Shown here: positions 12,400-26,012 of the stretch, one piece after another
Layout of the letters: every line of letters starts with the position of its first letter
How positions within the stretch are numbered: the first letter of the stretch is position 1
From: Octopus vulgaris
Lineage: Eukaryota
Direction of reading: 5' to 3'
DNA length: 64,000 nt
Assembly: GCA_951406725.2 (NCBI GenBank)
Contig: OX597816.1
Coordinates: forward strand, 55,180,001-55,244,000
Notes under the pieces: generated by a model
What the model saw: the letters and a program-made list of their open reading frames with translations, nothing else
Databases searched by the model: none
Told to the model about the DNA's origin: nothing
Position numbers and translations under genes: made by a program

Positions 12400-13989
12400 G
12401 ATTATTACTATTATTATTAAGGCGGTGAGGTGGCAGAATCGTTAGCACATTGGACGAGATGCTTAGCGCTATTTCGCCCGTCGCTACGTTCTGAATTCAA
12501 ATTCCGTCTAGGTCGACTTTGCCTTTTCATCCTTTTGATGGTCGATAAAATATGAACCAGATGAAAACTAGGGTCAATGTAATCGACTCGTTCCCACCTC
12601 CCCCAAGTTGCACTCGTAGCAAAAATTTATAATAGTTATTATTGTCGTCTGTTTTCGGAAACGGAAAACTGTCAAGATCGTTAGCATGCCGAACGATAAT
12701 CTTAGCGTCGTTTCGTCCGTCTTCGCGTTCTGAGTCCAAATTCTGATGCGGTCGACTTTGCATTTCATTTATTTTGGAATCGATGAAATAAATACCAGTT
12801 GAGCATTGGGATCAATGCTAATCGACTCTCATCCTGCTACAAAATTTCAGGCCTTGTGCTTTTCGTAGAAAGCTTTAACAGTAAAAGCAGATTACGTTGA
12901 TGAGTTCTTGGGGAGATCCAAGATCGCGTTGAGAATAATGTGCAATAGGCAACTTTAATTCCTGTTAATTAACCACAGTAATTAGCTATAGTAATCATAG
13001 ATTTAATGACAGTCAACTTCGTATTCCTTGATTATTGTTGGTCACACAATGATACAATGGAGCTGTCCAATGAATTATGTAGAACTTCGATCTTCTGTTG
13101 ATCTTAAAATAGTGGAATTGAATGTGGAATCAATGGAACTCTGGTCTGCTGTTGGTTTTCCATTGATACAGTAGAATATGTCCAGCCTAGTATTGGTCGT
13201 GTGAGTATATTACTTCATGTGTTCAAACGATAATGATAATCTCAGTATCAGACTGGTTTGTTACATTATCAATCCTACAAAAATGAAAAGAAAATAGACC
13301 CCTCGCCAGATTAGAACTCTGCGCATAAAGGGTCATACTAATTAACACATTCCTCAAACGAATATCCAATTTCACTGCGCTTCTAATAGCTGTACAGTAA
13401 TTTGAGAAGTAGGAGGAGGAAGAAATGTGAGAAAGAATGAAGAAGGAGGTGGTATTAGGAGAAATTAGAGGTGGAGGAGGGGCACAGCAAATGTAAACTA
13501 ATCATAGACAAGATATAGAATCTTACTGTCAGTTTATCGTGTTCAGCCCCACCATTCCCCACGTTTCAAACTTTGGAATAGGGGGCGTTTCAATAACTTA
13601 TCGTGAGAATCATTCTCAAGTGTTTTTACATGCGTTTCCTTTGCCAAAAGTAACTTGAAAATTACGGAAGACCAACTGTGCAATGATTAGTTCTGTATTT
13701 TGTTTTGTTGCCTCATTAGTTCATGGCAAGTTTGTCCTGATTGTTTGAGTCTTGCACTTATAATCACAAGATTGTGGTTTCGAATCCTGGACCGAGCAGT
13801 GCATCATGTTACGTTTCAAAGCGAAATACTTCATTTTACGTTATTCCAATCCACTCAGCTTGTAAATGATTAACTCCGAGGCAGACAGGTGACCCGTCCC
13901 AGGGGAATGTTGTGATCTTGGGCACTTGGTAAACCGAGCGGCCAATCCTAGGAATCCAAGGATTCAAAACAACAATATACATGAGATTG

Positions 13990-14750
13990 ATATTGATTAA
14001 ATGATTCGTAGCACTCCGTCGGTTGCGACGACAAGGATTCCAGTTGATCCGATCATCGGAACAGCCTACTCGTGAAATTAACGTGCAAGTGGCCGAGCGC
14101 TCCACAGACACGTGTGCCCTTAACGTAGTTCTCGGGAAGATTCAGCGTGACACAGTATATAACAAGTCTGGCCCTTTGAAATACAGGTTCAACAGAAACA
14201 GGAAGAAAGAGTGAGAGAATGCTGTGGTGAAAGAGTACAGCAGAGTTCGCCGCCCCTTTGCTGAGACATCGTGGAACTTTAGGTGTTTTCGCTCAATAAA
14301 CACTCACTATGCTCGGTCTGGGAATCGAAACCGCAAACCTATGACCGAGAGTCTGCTGCCCTAACCACTGGGCTATTGCCTTTCTTGTATCACTACTTTT
14401 ATTTGTTTCAGTCATTAGACTGCGGCCATGCTGGAGCACCGCCTTTAGTTGAACAGATCGATCCCAGGACCTATTCTTTGTGAACCTAGTACTTATTCTA
14501 TCAGTCTCTTTGCCGAACCGCTATGTTATGGGGACGTAAATACACTAACATCGGTTGTCAAGCGCGGGTGGTGTGACACACACATATATACGACGGGCTT
14601 CTTTCAGTTTCCGTCTACCAAATACACTGACAAGGCCTTGGTTGGCTCGAGGCTATAGTAGAAAACACTTTCCCAATGTGCCACGCAGTGGGACTGAGTC
14701 CGGAATCATGTGCTTGGTAAGCAAGCTACATACCACACAGCCACGCCTGC
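13990..14750 (-). mobile_element. Two adjacent tRNA-derived SINEs
   Basis: Reverse complements of the families at 28075 and 22503 (heads near 14375 and 14745). Confidence 0.75.
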
Positions 14751-15559
14751 GCTTATTGTTGCGTAACTGAAAAAATAAATATCGTTTTGACCAGGTTTAT
14801 TGATCTAAAAGAAGATTGTTCATGGGACCGAGAAATTGAATGTTCAACGTAACAAATGTTCATTTAGTTTATTGAAAAACCCATATTAAATCAGTTATGT
14901 TTTGTAAAAAGAAAGAAAAAAAACTCATTTCGTTTTAAATAAGAGCCATGGTTACCTTCATTTAATTCAGTTTTCTTCCATTTCTAAAACGATAGAGGGA
15001 AAAAGCCGGTCGTTCATTTTCGATCCCCATCATCGTGCCACGAAACTAAAACTAAACCGAAATAAAGACTTTGTTATAATCATTCTGAATTTGTGCTCTC
15101 CACTCTCGTCTAAAATAACGTAAGCGAGGTTTGAATGTGAAAAGCGCATTAAAACAGGAAACAAAGAAACAAACACCGTCTCACGATTCGCTGTATCAAC
15201 AACAACCCGTTGTAGGCAACGCAAAATGAAATAGTAAAATGTTCCATGTGCAAAAGAAATTTTAATTCCATTCAATTTCGTTGTTATTTTAGTTGTTGTT
15301 AATCTGTGGAGAATTGCCAGTGTTTCGAATATCACTTTTAAACGCCATTCAACTATTTTCATTCATAAGTTAAAATTCACTCGCTCCCCGCCACATCCAA
15401 GTCTACTACCAAAATACACAATTCTAGTCTCTTCAATTTCACAGAAACCTGAAATCATTTCAGCATTTCTTCACTGACAGACAATGGACAATGTTTCCAC
15501 CTCCAGCTACAAGTGGTACCGAGTAACGGACGAACGGACGGCTCATAAATTGATTTTGT

Positions 15560-16430
15560 TACTGTGTTGAGTGAAAAGTTTTGAAATACTTTGGTGACTT
15601 ATTTCCTTTATTCGTCATTTCTCAACAAAAACAACCTAACATTCAAAGTAGAAGCCATCGTGTTGCATTGTCTGAAGACGTGCTGACATCAGTTCTTGTC
15701 CTTCACTGAAACTTCCAAAACCTTTTGGTTGATGAAGGTATCGTGAGCAAAGGATGTGAGCCATGGAAAGGCTACAAGTTATAATCCGAGGGAGATATTT
15801 TTCCACAATCCCATCGTGTATAAGCAGTGGCTAAGCAAGGGCCAGTTTCCAAAACCTATCGCTAAATATGGACGTTTCGGACACAGGGTGATATTCTGCG
15901 TTTGGTGGAATTACGAGTGGATAATTCAGTAGGAATTGGTTGCAGATGGCCGAACAATCAATATCAACCAATAATTCGAACAGCTGGAGTGGATGTATGC
16001 CGTTGTACTTCAAGAATACTCGGCATTGTTTAATGGAAAGCGAGTGCTTCTGCAGCAAGAAAACGTAAGACTTGACACGGCTCGAACGAGCCGGAATAAC
16101 TTCCGGGAACTTGAGGGAATTGAACTGATTGTATACTCAGCATATAGTCCGGACCAAGACTCTTCGGATTATTGCTTGTTCTGATCTATGACTCACTTCC
16201 TGCGCCCGCGATGCTTCATCAAGCAAGTGGTGGGGGTGGAAGCTTCAAGGATGGAGTTTTTCAACTTGATGGACAAAAACTGATACCAGCGTGAGATCAA
16301 AGAAGTGGCAGAAAGGCGGCATCAGAAGGGGCAACTCGATGATCCCTACTTGACTGCTTTTGTTGTAATTTGACGAATAAAGCAAATAAATTACCAAAAT
16401 ATTGCAAAATATTTAACTCAACATAATATG
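15560..16430 (+). mobile_element. Degenerate mariner element
   Basis: VLLQQENVR and YSAYSPDQDSSDYCLF resemble the mariner motifs LHDNA and YSPDLAPSDYHLF; many stops and frameshifts. Confidence 0.7.
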
Positions 16431-18687
16431 TTTTACTTTATGTCCGTAACATGTGTTATGTCTGTGTGTCTGTCGCTGCTTAACCCCCATCACCGGTCAC
16501 ACAAAACACCCCATTCTCTATCTAACATCCCTCGCTCCACCACCTGTCATTTCCTCACATAAGCAACTCTTACCATACCCAACTACACCTCTCTCATTCG
16601 CAAAACTTACCTCCAAATCGACTACATGCCGCTACATTTTTAACGTTTCTGTATCGGAACGAGTATTTCCGGTCTCCTCCTGGCTATTCACGACTGAGGA
16701 AACAAAACCAAGTTGAAATATTGTACCTGACATCCACCAGCGTTCTGACTGAAGTTATGTATTTTTAACAAAGAGAACTTTCTCCGCAGCAAGATATTAC
16801 AGCCAAAGGTGTTCTCGTTTTATATACACGTTTTAAATGTTATACGCACTGATATAATTTAAACATTCTATGCAAGATCTGTGCTTTACATGCTAGTTAG
16901 TTCCAATCGTTTCAATAACCAAGCATATTAATATCTACAAACTGTCTTGGATTTCATAAAATCACTTCTTGGCTGTGAATTCTATAGCAGGAAAAGGACA
17001 AAAGACACTTCTTCCTATAGATACGTCTCCATTTTATCTCAAATATTTTCTTAAATATCTTGGCCCTATTGCTCACTGTTCTTATAATTGGTATGGCGCC
17101 TCTGTACCAAGCACGCATATAGAAGTAAATATACACTCGAAAAGTAATGAAACTCTGTCTGTTTCGACGATGAGCATCGAATTGTTCATTTGCTCAATTC
17201 CTTGTTAATAGAATTATAACGTAAGGGACTGAATATTGTTCATGAAACTGCCCCACCATACAGGATAATCTAATCTGCTGAGAATAGAAATTGCATCCAT
17301 TAAAAGTTCCCAAGTCTTGACACGGGACATTTATGTAGTGAGTATAACTGATTTGGCAGCCTCGCCGCCATACCTCACACCAGTATGAATTCCCTTGTTA
17401 CTATTAAATTCTACAAGATTTTGCACCATTTCACCACTGGTACTAAAAGCAGTTTTCTGAAGATGCTTCTAAAATGCTTCGCTTTGTCGCTAACAAATAT
17501 TTTGCTTTTCATATCTCAAGTACGCTCACCCTCTTTGATCTACCTTACTAATAGATTTTTCATCTCATCGGTGGGCAAAACACAAATCTCATGATATACT
17601 TTGGACACCACCAAAGAACTTTTTATTTAGTCGTTTCTTTCTCTTAAAAACTGCATAAATCATAGATTTGGCCAACCATAGATCACGAAAATTGATGTTA
17701 GTATCTCTCACACAGGTTATACCTACCTTTGTTTCCACTATAATATTCTACCATGCAGGCTTTGTTTCCGACATTTCGATAAATATTTTTTTTTATATTT
17801 TAAAAGAAAATACCACAAAAGTACGAATTTTTCGTAAAAAAAAACAAAACGAAAGCAAAAACAAAAATAAAACAATAAAATCAAGATGGCACTTTTAATA
17901 TAATGAAACACGTCCAGTAGAGTAAGTGAGCAGTTGTGATGTGCAGAGTCTATGAACGTGTTTTCTTCAACGATGGTCAGTTTGTGTGAGTGAGACCAGG
18001 TAACATTTGGTTATGCTAATGGATAGTGTTCACACATACACACACAAACACATAATTCTATCTCTGTAAAACACACACACATGCTATATATATGCACATC
18101 TGGTACATATGTCAATTAACAATTGCATTCAGAGATCGTGACACTTCCCCTAAAGACGCAGATAATCTTTGAAAAAAATCAAGAATTTATGTTGACTGAG
18201 ATTTGCCGTACCTGTATTTCTCAATGTTACTCATATACGTATCACAGGCCATTCTGACTCATTTCTCTTAGTTAATTCTTGTGTGCCAGTAACCTAGGCC
18301 TTATATAAACTTTATTCTATTTTGTATAAGTTAAAATTTCTTGGCTACATGAGGTAACGAAGGGCAATTGAGCTGCTGAAAACGTCTATTAAAACGGAAA
18401 CACGTATCTTCTCTTCTCTCTATAAGCCTATATCTCTCCTCAATCGCATCTCAGCTTTGAAGAATCCATGGCTCTTGAGGTTATCTCCTCTTTGCATTTA
18501 GAGCTGGTCCAAATTGCCAATTAATAATAATGACTCATCATAAGGAGAAAATTCTAATAAACCAAGAATTTTATTGCATTTGGAACAATACCAATATTTG
18601 TTTTATATCTTTATCTGCTTGTCTATTTACAAACGCGGCGATATATAACAACATTCGATACTCTAGTCAATACCGTGATGCCGTGAT

Positions 18688-18720
<33 letters not shown>

Positions 18721-19044
18721 CACGTACATATACACACACACCAGGCAGTTGTGATAATTCAAGCTAATCTCAATTAGCCTAAATTCCCAAAACTGTCTGA
18801 TGAATGGTAACCTGATAGTTGGAGTGAAAGTTTTTGCATAATTTTCGCTTCCATTAAGGTAGTATTTTACTTTTCTTTTGGTATTCAAGCATTATTTTCT
18901 CTACCTTGCTTTGCCACAAGTGTATGCATGTGTGTGTGAGTGAAAGTGTGTGTGAACGCGCGAGCGTGCGCCTGTGTATAGATATCGCCATCATCATCAT
19001 CAACATCAGCAACATTATTATTATTATTGTTATTGTTGTTATTC

Positions 19045-19340
19045 ACTAGTTTTATTTTTATAACGTGCTTTCACTTTACTACGGTGCGCAGCTCTGTGTG
19101 CCTTGGGTATATGCTGTGGTTTGCTGTGATGCTCTTATGGTTACTGTATTGAAAGTGTTTTGCGTAGGATGTGTGCAGTGCCCAGTAGTGCAATCTTCTG
19201 TATGTTTAAATATGTTTGTAAGTCCTAGTGTTTTTGTTATGTATTTGTCTGAATATTTTTTTTATCATACCTAATTCACCTACTATGATAGGAATTGTTT
19301 CTGTTTTTTAGATTCCACATTCTAGTTACCTCTATTTTGT
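19045..19340 (-). mobile_element. 3' end of an R4/Dong-like element
   Basis: Minus strand, with frameshifts, gives ...IPIIVGELGMIK...IQKIALLGTAHILRKTLSIQ*, paralogous to 12052-12351. Next to (TAA)n. Confidence 0.7.
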
Positions 19341-19410
19341 TTTTAGATTCCAAAAGACAAAAATTGAAGTGACAGCGTGACAGAACGAAAGGGGGAAGAG
19401 ATTGAAGGGA

Positions 19411-19567
19411 ACAGAATTTGCGATTGATCAGCTAAAGGACCAGTCTAAGAAAGGAAGTGAAGAAAGAACGGACCTGTCTGCCTGTTGCTGTCACGTGACC
19501 AGTGGCCAGTTCGTCCTTTTCTTCCTTTCTTAGACTGGTCCCTTAGCTGATCAGTCGCAAATTCTGT
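19411..19567. repeat. Inverted repeat, arms about 46 bp, spacer about 63 bp
   Basis: acagaatttgcgattgatcagctaaaggaccagtctaagaaaggaag pairs with cttcctttcttagactggtcccttagctgatcagtcgcaaattctgt, with two G-T positions. Confidence 0.9.
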
Positions 19568-19922
19568 CTCTCCGTCCTCCATCTTTTCAAACATTTTCTA
19601 AGCGTTACCCACAATTTTCGTCTCCTTGGCCCCAAGGCCATATTTTGTTCGATTGTTCGTCCTCATCCACCGTCCTAAATCACTCTCCGTGTCCTTTTGC
19701 TTGTTTTGTTTTATTTCATTTGCTCTTGTCCCTAATTATACACAAGAAAACTTTTTTTGCGCCCACCGCCCATTGGGAAGCATTCAGTCTTAGCGTTCAA
19801 GGTACAAAATCGAAAGAGTACCATTGGTCGATAACTGATGAAGAATTATGGAACTTCTGTTTGCCTCCCGTTCGTTTTTACAATCACTAAACTTTATGTC
19901 ATTTGTTTATGTCATTTATTTA

Positions 19923-19977
<55 letters not shown>

Positions 19978-19979
<2 letters not shown>

Positions 19980-20130
19980 AGAGGGCGCACACTCTCCTAC
20001 CCTGATGTAATCTCCAGGGATACAGGCATCCAGCAACAGGACCTCCGTAATGCCATGATGGACCGTGAAGTCTGGCGTAGCATGGTAAATTCCATTGTCT
20101 CGACCACGGTCGAACAATGATGATGATGAT
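19978..20130 (+). mobile_element. 3' tip of an RTE-like LINE
   Basis: GRTLSYPDVISRDTG...AMMDREVWR followed by a (GAT)n tail. Confidence 0.7.
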
Positions 20131-20344
20131 ATATATATTTAATGTAGGATAATGGCCAGCATATTAAAGAATACCTTTAAAGGTTAAAATTATAAACAAC
20201 TTATAAATAAGGGCAAACGAAAAAATTTCTAATGCCAAATATGCCGAGAATTGGACATATTGTCCATTACCATGTAATTTTTCACAATACGCACGCTACT
20301 CGAAAAAAAGCCGACAGAAATTTCTAAAAAATTCCATTATTACC

Positions 20345-20399
20345 ATATCGGACCGATTTCAGGGTTAGTTCGTAAGAACTCTCCCTTCGTCAGTGATAT
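20345..20399 (-). ncRNA. Slightly decayed type I hammerhead motif
   Basis: Minus strand reads auauca CUGACGA aggg-(agaguucuuacgaacuaa)-cccu GAAA ucg GUC cgauau. Core intact; one mismatch at the base of stem I; near-palindromic stem III. Confidence 0.6.
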
Positions 20400-20419
20400 A
20401 TATATATATATATATATGG

Positions 20420-20995
20420 TCACCACGCAATATAAAGTTAACAGCAGAACTCGAAGCAATTCAATGAAGCTACACTAAGAAGATCGTCTCAATGCAACAT
20501 ATCAGCTACTGGGAAAAGCTGAAAGTATTAAAACTCTTCTCCCTGGAGCGAAGGCAGGAGAGATATGCAGTGATATACATGTGGAAAATCCTGGAGGGTC
20601 TTGTCCCAAACTTTGGCATTCAAAGTTACTCATACAGCAGAACGGGGTGCCACTGCATGGTGCCAAAAATCCCAACATCCCCATCAAAATACAGGACCAG
20701 ATGCTGCAACAGCTTGGGTTTCAGAAGACCACAGCTCTCCAATATCCTTCCTAAATGCCCGAGAGACCTGCATGGTGTGGATGTAGGTTTCTTTAAAACT
20801 AAACTGGATATCTTCTTGTCGGGGGTCCCAGATGAACCTATCTCTCGGCAGGAAGCACATATGCGGGCAGCGGCATCGAACTCCCTTGTTGATCAAGTGC
20901 CATGTTTCACATACTAGTGTAGCTCATTTAACGGTATTGCCCCAGCATGGCCGCAGCCTTCGGGCTGAAACATTTTTAAGGATTTAAGGATTTAT
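20420..20995 (+). mobile_element. 3' end of a CR1/L2-group LINE
   Basis: SYWEKLKVLKLFSLERRQERY...KILEGLVPN...FKTKLDIFL, a typical CR1-group ORF2 C-terminus. Short tandem tail (taaggatt). Confidence 0.75.
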
Positions 20996-21527
20996 ACACA
21001 CACATACGCATTTCGTTTTTGTATCTGGTTTGTAAGATCTTTTATGAAAATTCTTGTGTTGAAACAAATTTCGCTTTGTCCGGGGAGAGTCATGCTGCCT
21101 TAATATCTAACACACTCACTGGTTCAATTTGCACTCATTTACTATTGAAATTTTTTTCTTTTCGGTTCTTTTTTCCTCTCTGTTTTCTTTCTCTTTTGCT
21201 TGTTTTCTTCTATATAAATGATAAATGTGTGGAAATTAAAACTGAGCGTGTTAAATATTAAGGGAGTATGACTATCCCCAGACAAAAGGATATATATATA
21301 TATGAGGGCGCATGGGTTACCGGTTAAGCTGTTGCACTCACAATCTAGCGGACATGATTTCAATTCCTACACTGAGTGGTGCGTTGTGTTCTTGAGCAAA
21401 AAAACTTCATCTCACGTTGCTTTGCACCTGTAAACTATAAACAAATCATTTGTGCAGGTCATCTGGCGAAAACTGAATACTCATACGTCATCTAAAACAG
21501 GAGAGCCCATCACATATATATATGTGT

Positions 21528-21585
<58 letters not shown>

Positions 21586-22502
21586 ACACATAGATAATTA
21601 AATACTTAAATAGGTAGGTAGATAGATTGATAGATAGATATGGATGTGCGTCCGCTATATCTGATATATGTAAATGTTTATATCTAATATGCTAGCTAAT
21701 GTCAAATATAAATATCTTTATAAACATTTGGCGCCTGATTTAGCTTGCAATAAACTGGTATAAGAGGTGGCTTATTGCTATAGACAAAAACAGAAGCAAT
21801 TTTGGAATTGGTAATTTTAGATAAGTTAGTGAAGGCTAAGAAAGATAGGTTTGTAGTTTATATCTTTGTGAGAAGAACGAACAAAAGTTTTTTATGTTGA
21901 AGCACTTTCTGTATCTCACATCTTCCAGTTGACGCTTTTTTTTATATATTTACCTGCAAAATCTGGCAGTTTGCAGATAGACGTTCAACAATAGAAGTGA
22001 AGATTTATTTGTAGAACATAGGTTATCCGTGCAATCAAACGGCAAAGAAATCGTGGTTCGAAATCACTCGATGAATTCAAGCATATATTCACCTTTACTC
22101 TAGTGTCTAAGACTGGATGTATAAAACTTAAAAAGAAAGGTACGGTTTCAATTGTCTGTTATAATACTTTCAGTCCTATGACACAAACTTCAGCATTACA
22201 TTTTCGAACGGAAAACATGTGTATTAAGAACTACAAGTTTTGAGGCACACACAGGCACGCGCGCGCACACGCACACAAAAGCATGCGCGCGCACACGCAC
22301 ACACACACACACACACATTATTATGTGTGTAATTGCGTTTGCTTATATATAACTTATATATGAAAAACAATTTAACATTGAAAAGAAAAATCAGTGAAAT
22401 TTAGGATGATTACATAACTATTGTTGACTGTAACTTCGAATTTTTGGCTTTCTTGCCATAATCATCATTATCTCTCTCTCTCTCTCTCACACACTTGTAT
22501 AT

Positions 22503-22880
22503 GTGTGGCTGTGTGGTAATTTGCTTGCTTGCCAACCACATTGTTTCGGGTTCAGTCCCACTGAGTGGCACCTTGAGCAAGTGTATTCTACTACAGCCTC
22601 AGACAGACTGGATTTGGTAAAGGGAAACTGAAAGAAGCCAGTCGTATACATATATGCATGTATATATATATGTGTGTGTGTGTGTATGTGTTTGTTGTCT
22701 GTGTCTGTGTTTGCCGCCCTACCAACCCTTGACAACCAATCTTGGTGTGCTTAGGTGCCCGTAATATAGCCGTTCGGCCAAAGAGACCGATAGAATAAGT
22801 ACTAGGCTTACAAAGAATAAGACCTGGGATCGATTTATTCGACTAAACGTGGTGCTCCAGCATGGCCACAGTCAAATGAC
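22503..22880 (+). mobile_element. tRNA-derived SINE (second abundant family)
   Basis: Head gtgtggtaa...ccaaccac...gggttcagtccc, internal ggcaccttgagcaagtg, tail ctccagcatggcc..gtcaaatgactgaaacaagtaaaaga. Other copies at 52215-52600 (-) and 58525-58975 (-). Confidence 0.8.
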
Positions 22881-23020
22881 TGAAACAAGTAAAAGAATAA
22901 AATGCACACACACACACACATACATATGTATATATATATATTATATGTATATGTATGTATATATACATACATACATGCATATACATATATATATATATAT
23001 AAATGCATACACACACACAA

Positions 23021-23091
<71 letters not shown>

Positions 23092-23761
23092 GTTAATCTT
23101 TGTTTTGATGTTCAGTTATAATAGAATTAATCTTGCATTAAGCTGATAAAGTATTCTATACTGCTATAGAGTACTAGTTTATCATTCTTAAGCAAGGATA
23201 TTACTGACAGTGACTTCGAAATTTCGGCCAGTTAACGCAATCCGACAAGGGCTTATCTGGCTGAAACTTTGAAATCACTACCAATACTATTCTTGTTTAA
23301 GAATAATAAATATATATATATATCTTTTATATTTTAAAATATATATGTATATACATACATAAACATGTGTGCGTACGATGATGAAGTGAGGCAACAATAA
23401 AGCTAGTCTGCACTATGTCCCTCCCACTATCACCAAACCTGGAGACAGGCAATCTCGAAACGAACGTCTTCGCCTCACCACATCTTCCATCCCCTCTTCC
23501 ACCATTCATATTATTTAATAAAGTTTAATTAAAAGACAAACGAAAAATATACGATAAGCAATGATATACATTTTGGGTTTATGTGGAAGAAAGCAGTCAA
23601 AAAAGAAAAAGATTGCATTCTAGAAATATACAGACTTCTCCTTAGCATCGACCCTAGAACGTAACTGCTACTTAATATATCGACTCCGAAAGGATGAAAG
23701 GCAATGACCTCGGCGGAATTTGAAAAAAAAAAAAAAAACGTTAAGCATTTCGACCTGTATC

Positions 23762-23762
23762 C

Positions 23763-23814
<52 letters not shown>

Positions 23815-24473
23815 GATAATAATAATAATAATAATGATAATAAATGGCCTCATGCAGTACCAGACGGTGGCATTCGTGGCGTCTGATCTTAACTGATTGG
23901 AAGTGTTAACATGTACATTGTTATGTCTTGGTATAAAAGATGGGCTACAGCATATATTCTGTTCAATACCACAGATTTGCTTGTCAGTTGTTTGATCTTA
24001 ACCAGTTGAAAATGTCCCTTGGTGGATGACAATATGTGCATCTCTGATCACGAGCAGAAGTAGTGGGGGAGCATCAAATACCCCGATGCAGTACCAAGCA
24101 GTGGCTCTCGTGGATTCTGATCTAAATTAATTGGCGGAGCATCATAGTCATGTGTTGAGAGGGATTCTTTAGGGTTTGAATAATTCACCTCTTGTAACAT
24201 GGGTGTTTCGTTCAACATCCTTAAACAACCCTTATTGAGGGACCTTTTGAGTCGGATGGGTTACTCCATCAGAAGAAAATTCTAACTGGGCGCCACCTGC
24301 AAGACCATGTGCTGTTTATTTTGATCTGTGATCACCATGCTGGTTGTGGTTGTGATGCATGTGCGTAGTGTATCCTTATCAGGCGGGTAGTCATGATGGA
24401 TATACTGGGCTTCGTATATTTTACCCCAGTGTCACTTTGATGGCATGCGCTGCTCTCTCACTCAATAATAATA

Positions 24474-24526
<53 letters not shown>

Positions 24527-24738
24527 GAAGAAGAAGAATAAGAATAATAATAATAATCTTTTCTACTCCAGGTACAAGGCCCGAAATTTTTGGGGAGGGG
24601 ACCAGTCGATTAGATCGGCCCCTGAATGCAACGGGTGCTTAATTTTTCGACCCCGAAAGGACGAAAGGCAAAGTCGACTTCGGTGGTATTTGAACTCAGA
24701 ACGTAAAGAGACAAGATAGCACTAAATACTTCGTTCGG

Positions 24739-24795
<57 letters not shown>

Positions 24796-25457
24796 GATAA
24801 TAATAATAATAATAATGATAATAAATGGCCTCATGCAGTACCAGACGGTGGCATTCGTGGCGTCTGATCTTAACTGATTGGAAGTGTTAACATGTACATT
24901 GTTATGTCTTGGTATAAAAGATGGGCTACAGCATATATTCTGCTCAATACCACAGATTTGCTTGTCAGTTGTTTGATCTTAACCAGTTGAAAATGTCCCT
25001 TGGTGGATGACAATATGTGCATCTCTGATCACGAGCAGAAGTAGTGGGGGAGCATCAAATACCCCGATGCAGTACCAAGCAGTGGCTCTCGTGGATTCTG
25101 ATCTAAATTAATTGGCGGAGCATCATAGTCATGTGTTGAGAGGGATTCTTTAGGGTTTGAATAATTCACCTCTTGTAACATGGGTGTTTCGTTCAACATC
25201 CTTAAACAACCCTTATTGAGGGACCTTTTGAGTCGGATGGGCTACTCCATCAGAAGAAAATTCTAACTGGGCGCCACCTGCAAGACCATGTGCTGTTTAT
25301 TTTGATCTGAGATCACCATGCTGGTTGTGGTTGTGATGCATGTGCGTAGTGTATCCTTATCAGGCGGGTAGTCATGATGGATATACTGGGCTTCGTATAT
25401 TTTACCCCAGTGTCACTTTGATGGCATGCGCTGCTCTCTCACTCAATAATAATAATG

Positions 25458-25533
<76 letters not shown>

Positions 25534-25757
25534 GAAGAAGAAGAAGAAGAATAATAATAATAATAATAATAATAATCTTTTCTACTCCAGGTACAAGGCC
25601 CGAAATTTTTGGGGAGGGGACCAGTCGATTAGATCGGCCCCTGAATGCAACGGGTGCTTAATTTTTCGACCCCGAAAGGATGAAAGGCAAAGTCGACTTC
25701 GGTGGTATTTGAACTCAGAACGTAAAGAGACAAGATAGCACTAAATACTTCGTTCGG

Positions 25758-25758
<1 letters not shown>
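23762..25758. repeat. Recent tandem duplication, two units of about 1 kb
   Basis: atggcctcatgcagtaccagacgg at 23844 and 24825 (offset 981). Units end at cttcgttcggta (24740, 25758). Only a few substitutions plus (TAA)n length differences. Confidence 0.95.
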
Positions 25759-25810
<52 letters not shown>

Positions 25811-25830
25811 TGATGATGATGATGATGATG

Positions 25831-25887
<57 letters not shown>

Positions 25888-25898
25888 TGATGATGATG

Positions 25899-25938
<40 letters not shown>

Positions 25939-25969
25939 TGATGATGATGATGATGATGATGATAATGAT

Positions 25970-26012
<43 letters not shown>

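Noticed and set aside
21954-22127. Antisense exon candidate (AG...CAG|GTAAAT on the minus strand) for a nested gene
   Set aside because: Stops in all three frames and no partner exons could be linked.
24360-24465. HDV-like or twister ribozyme at the end of the duplicated unit (minus strand)
   Set aside because: Hairpins are present (ctggg/cccag) but I could not assemble the required pseudoknot topology.
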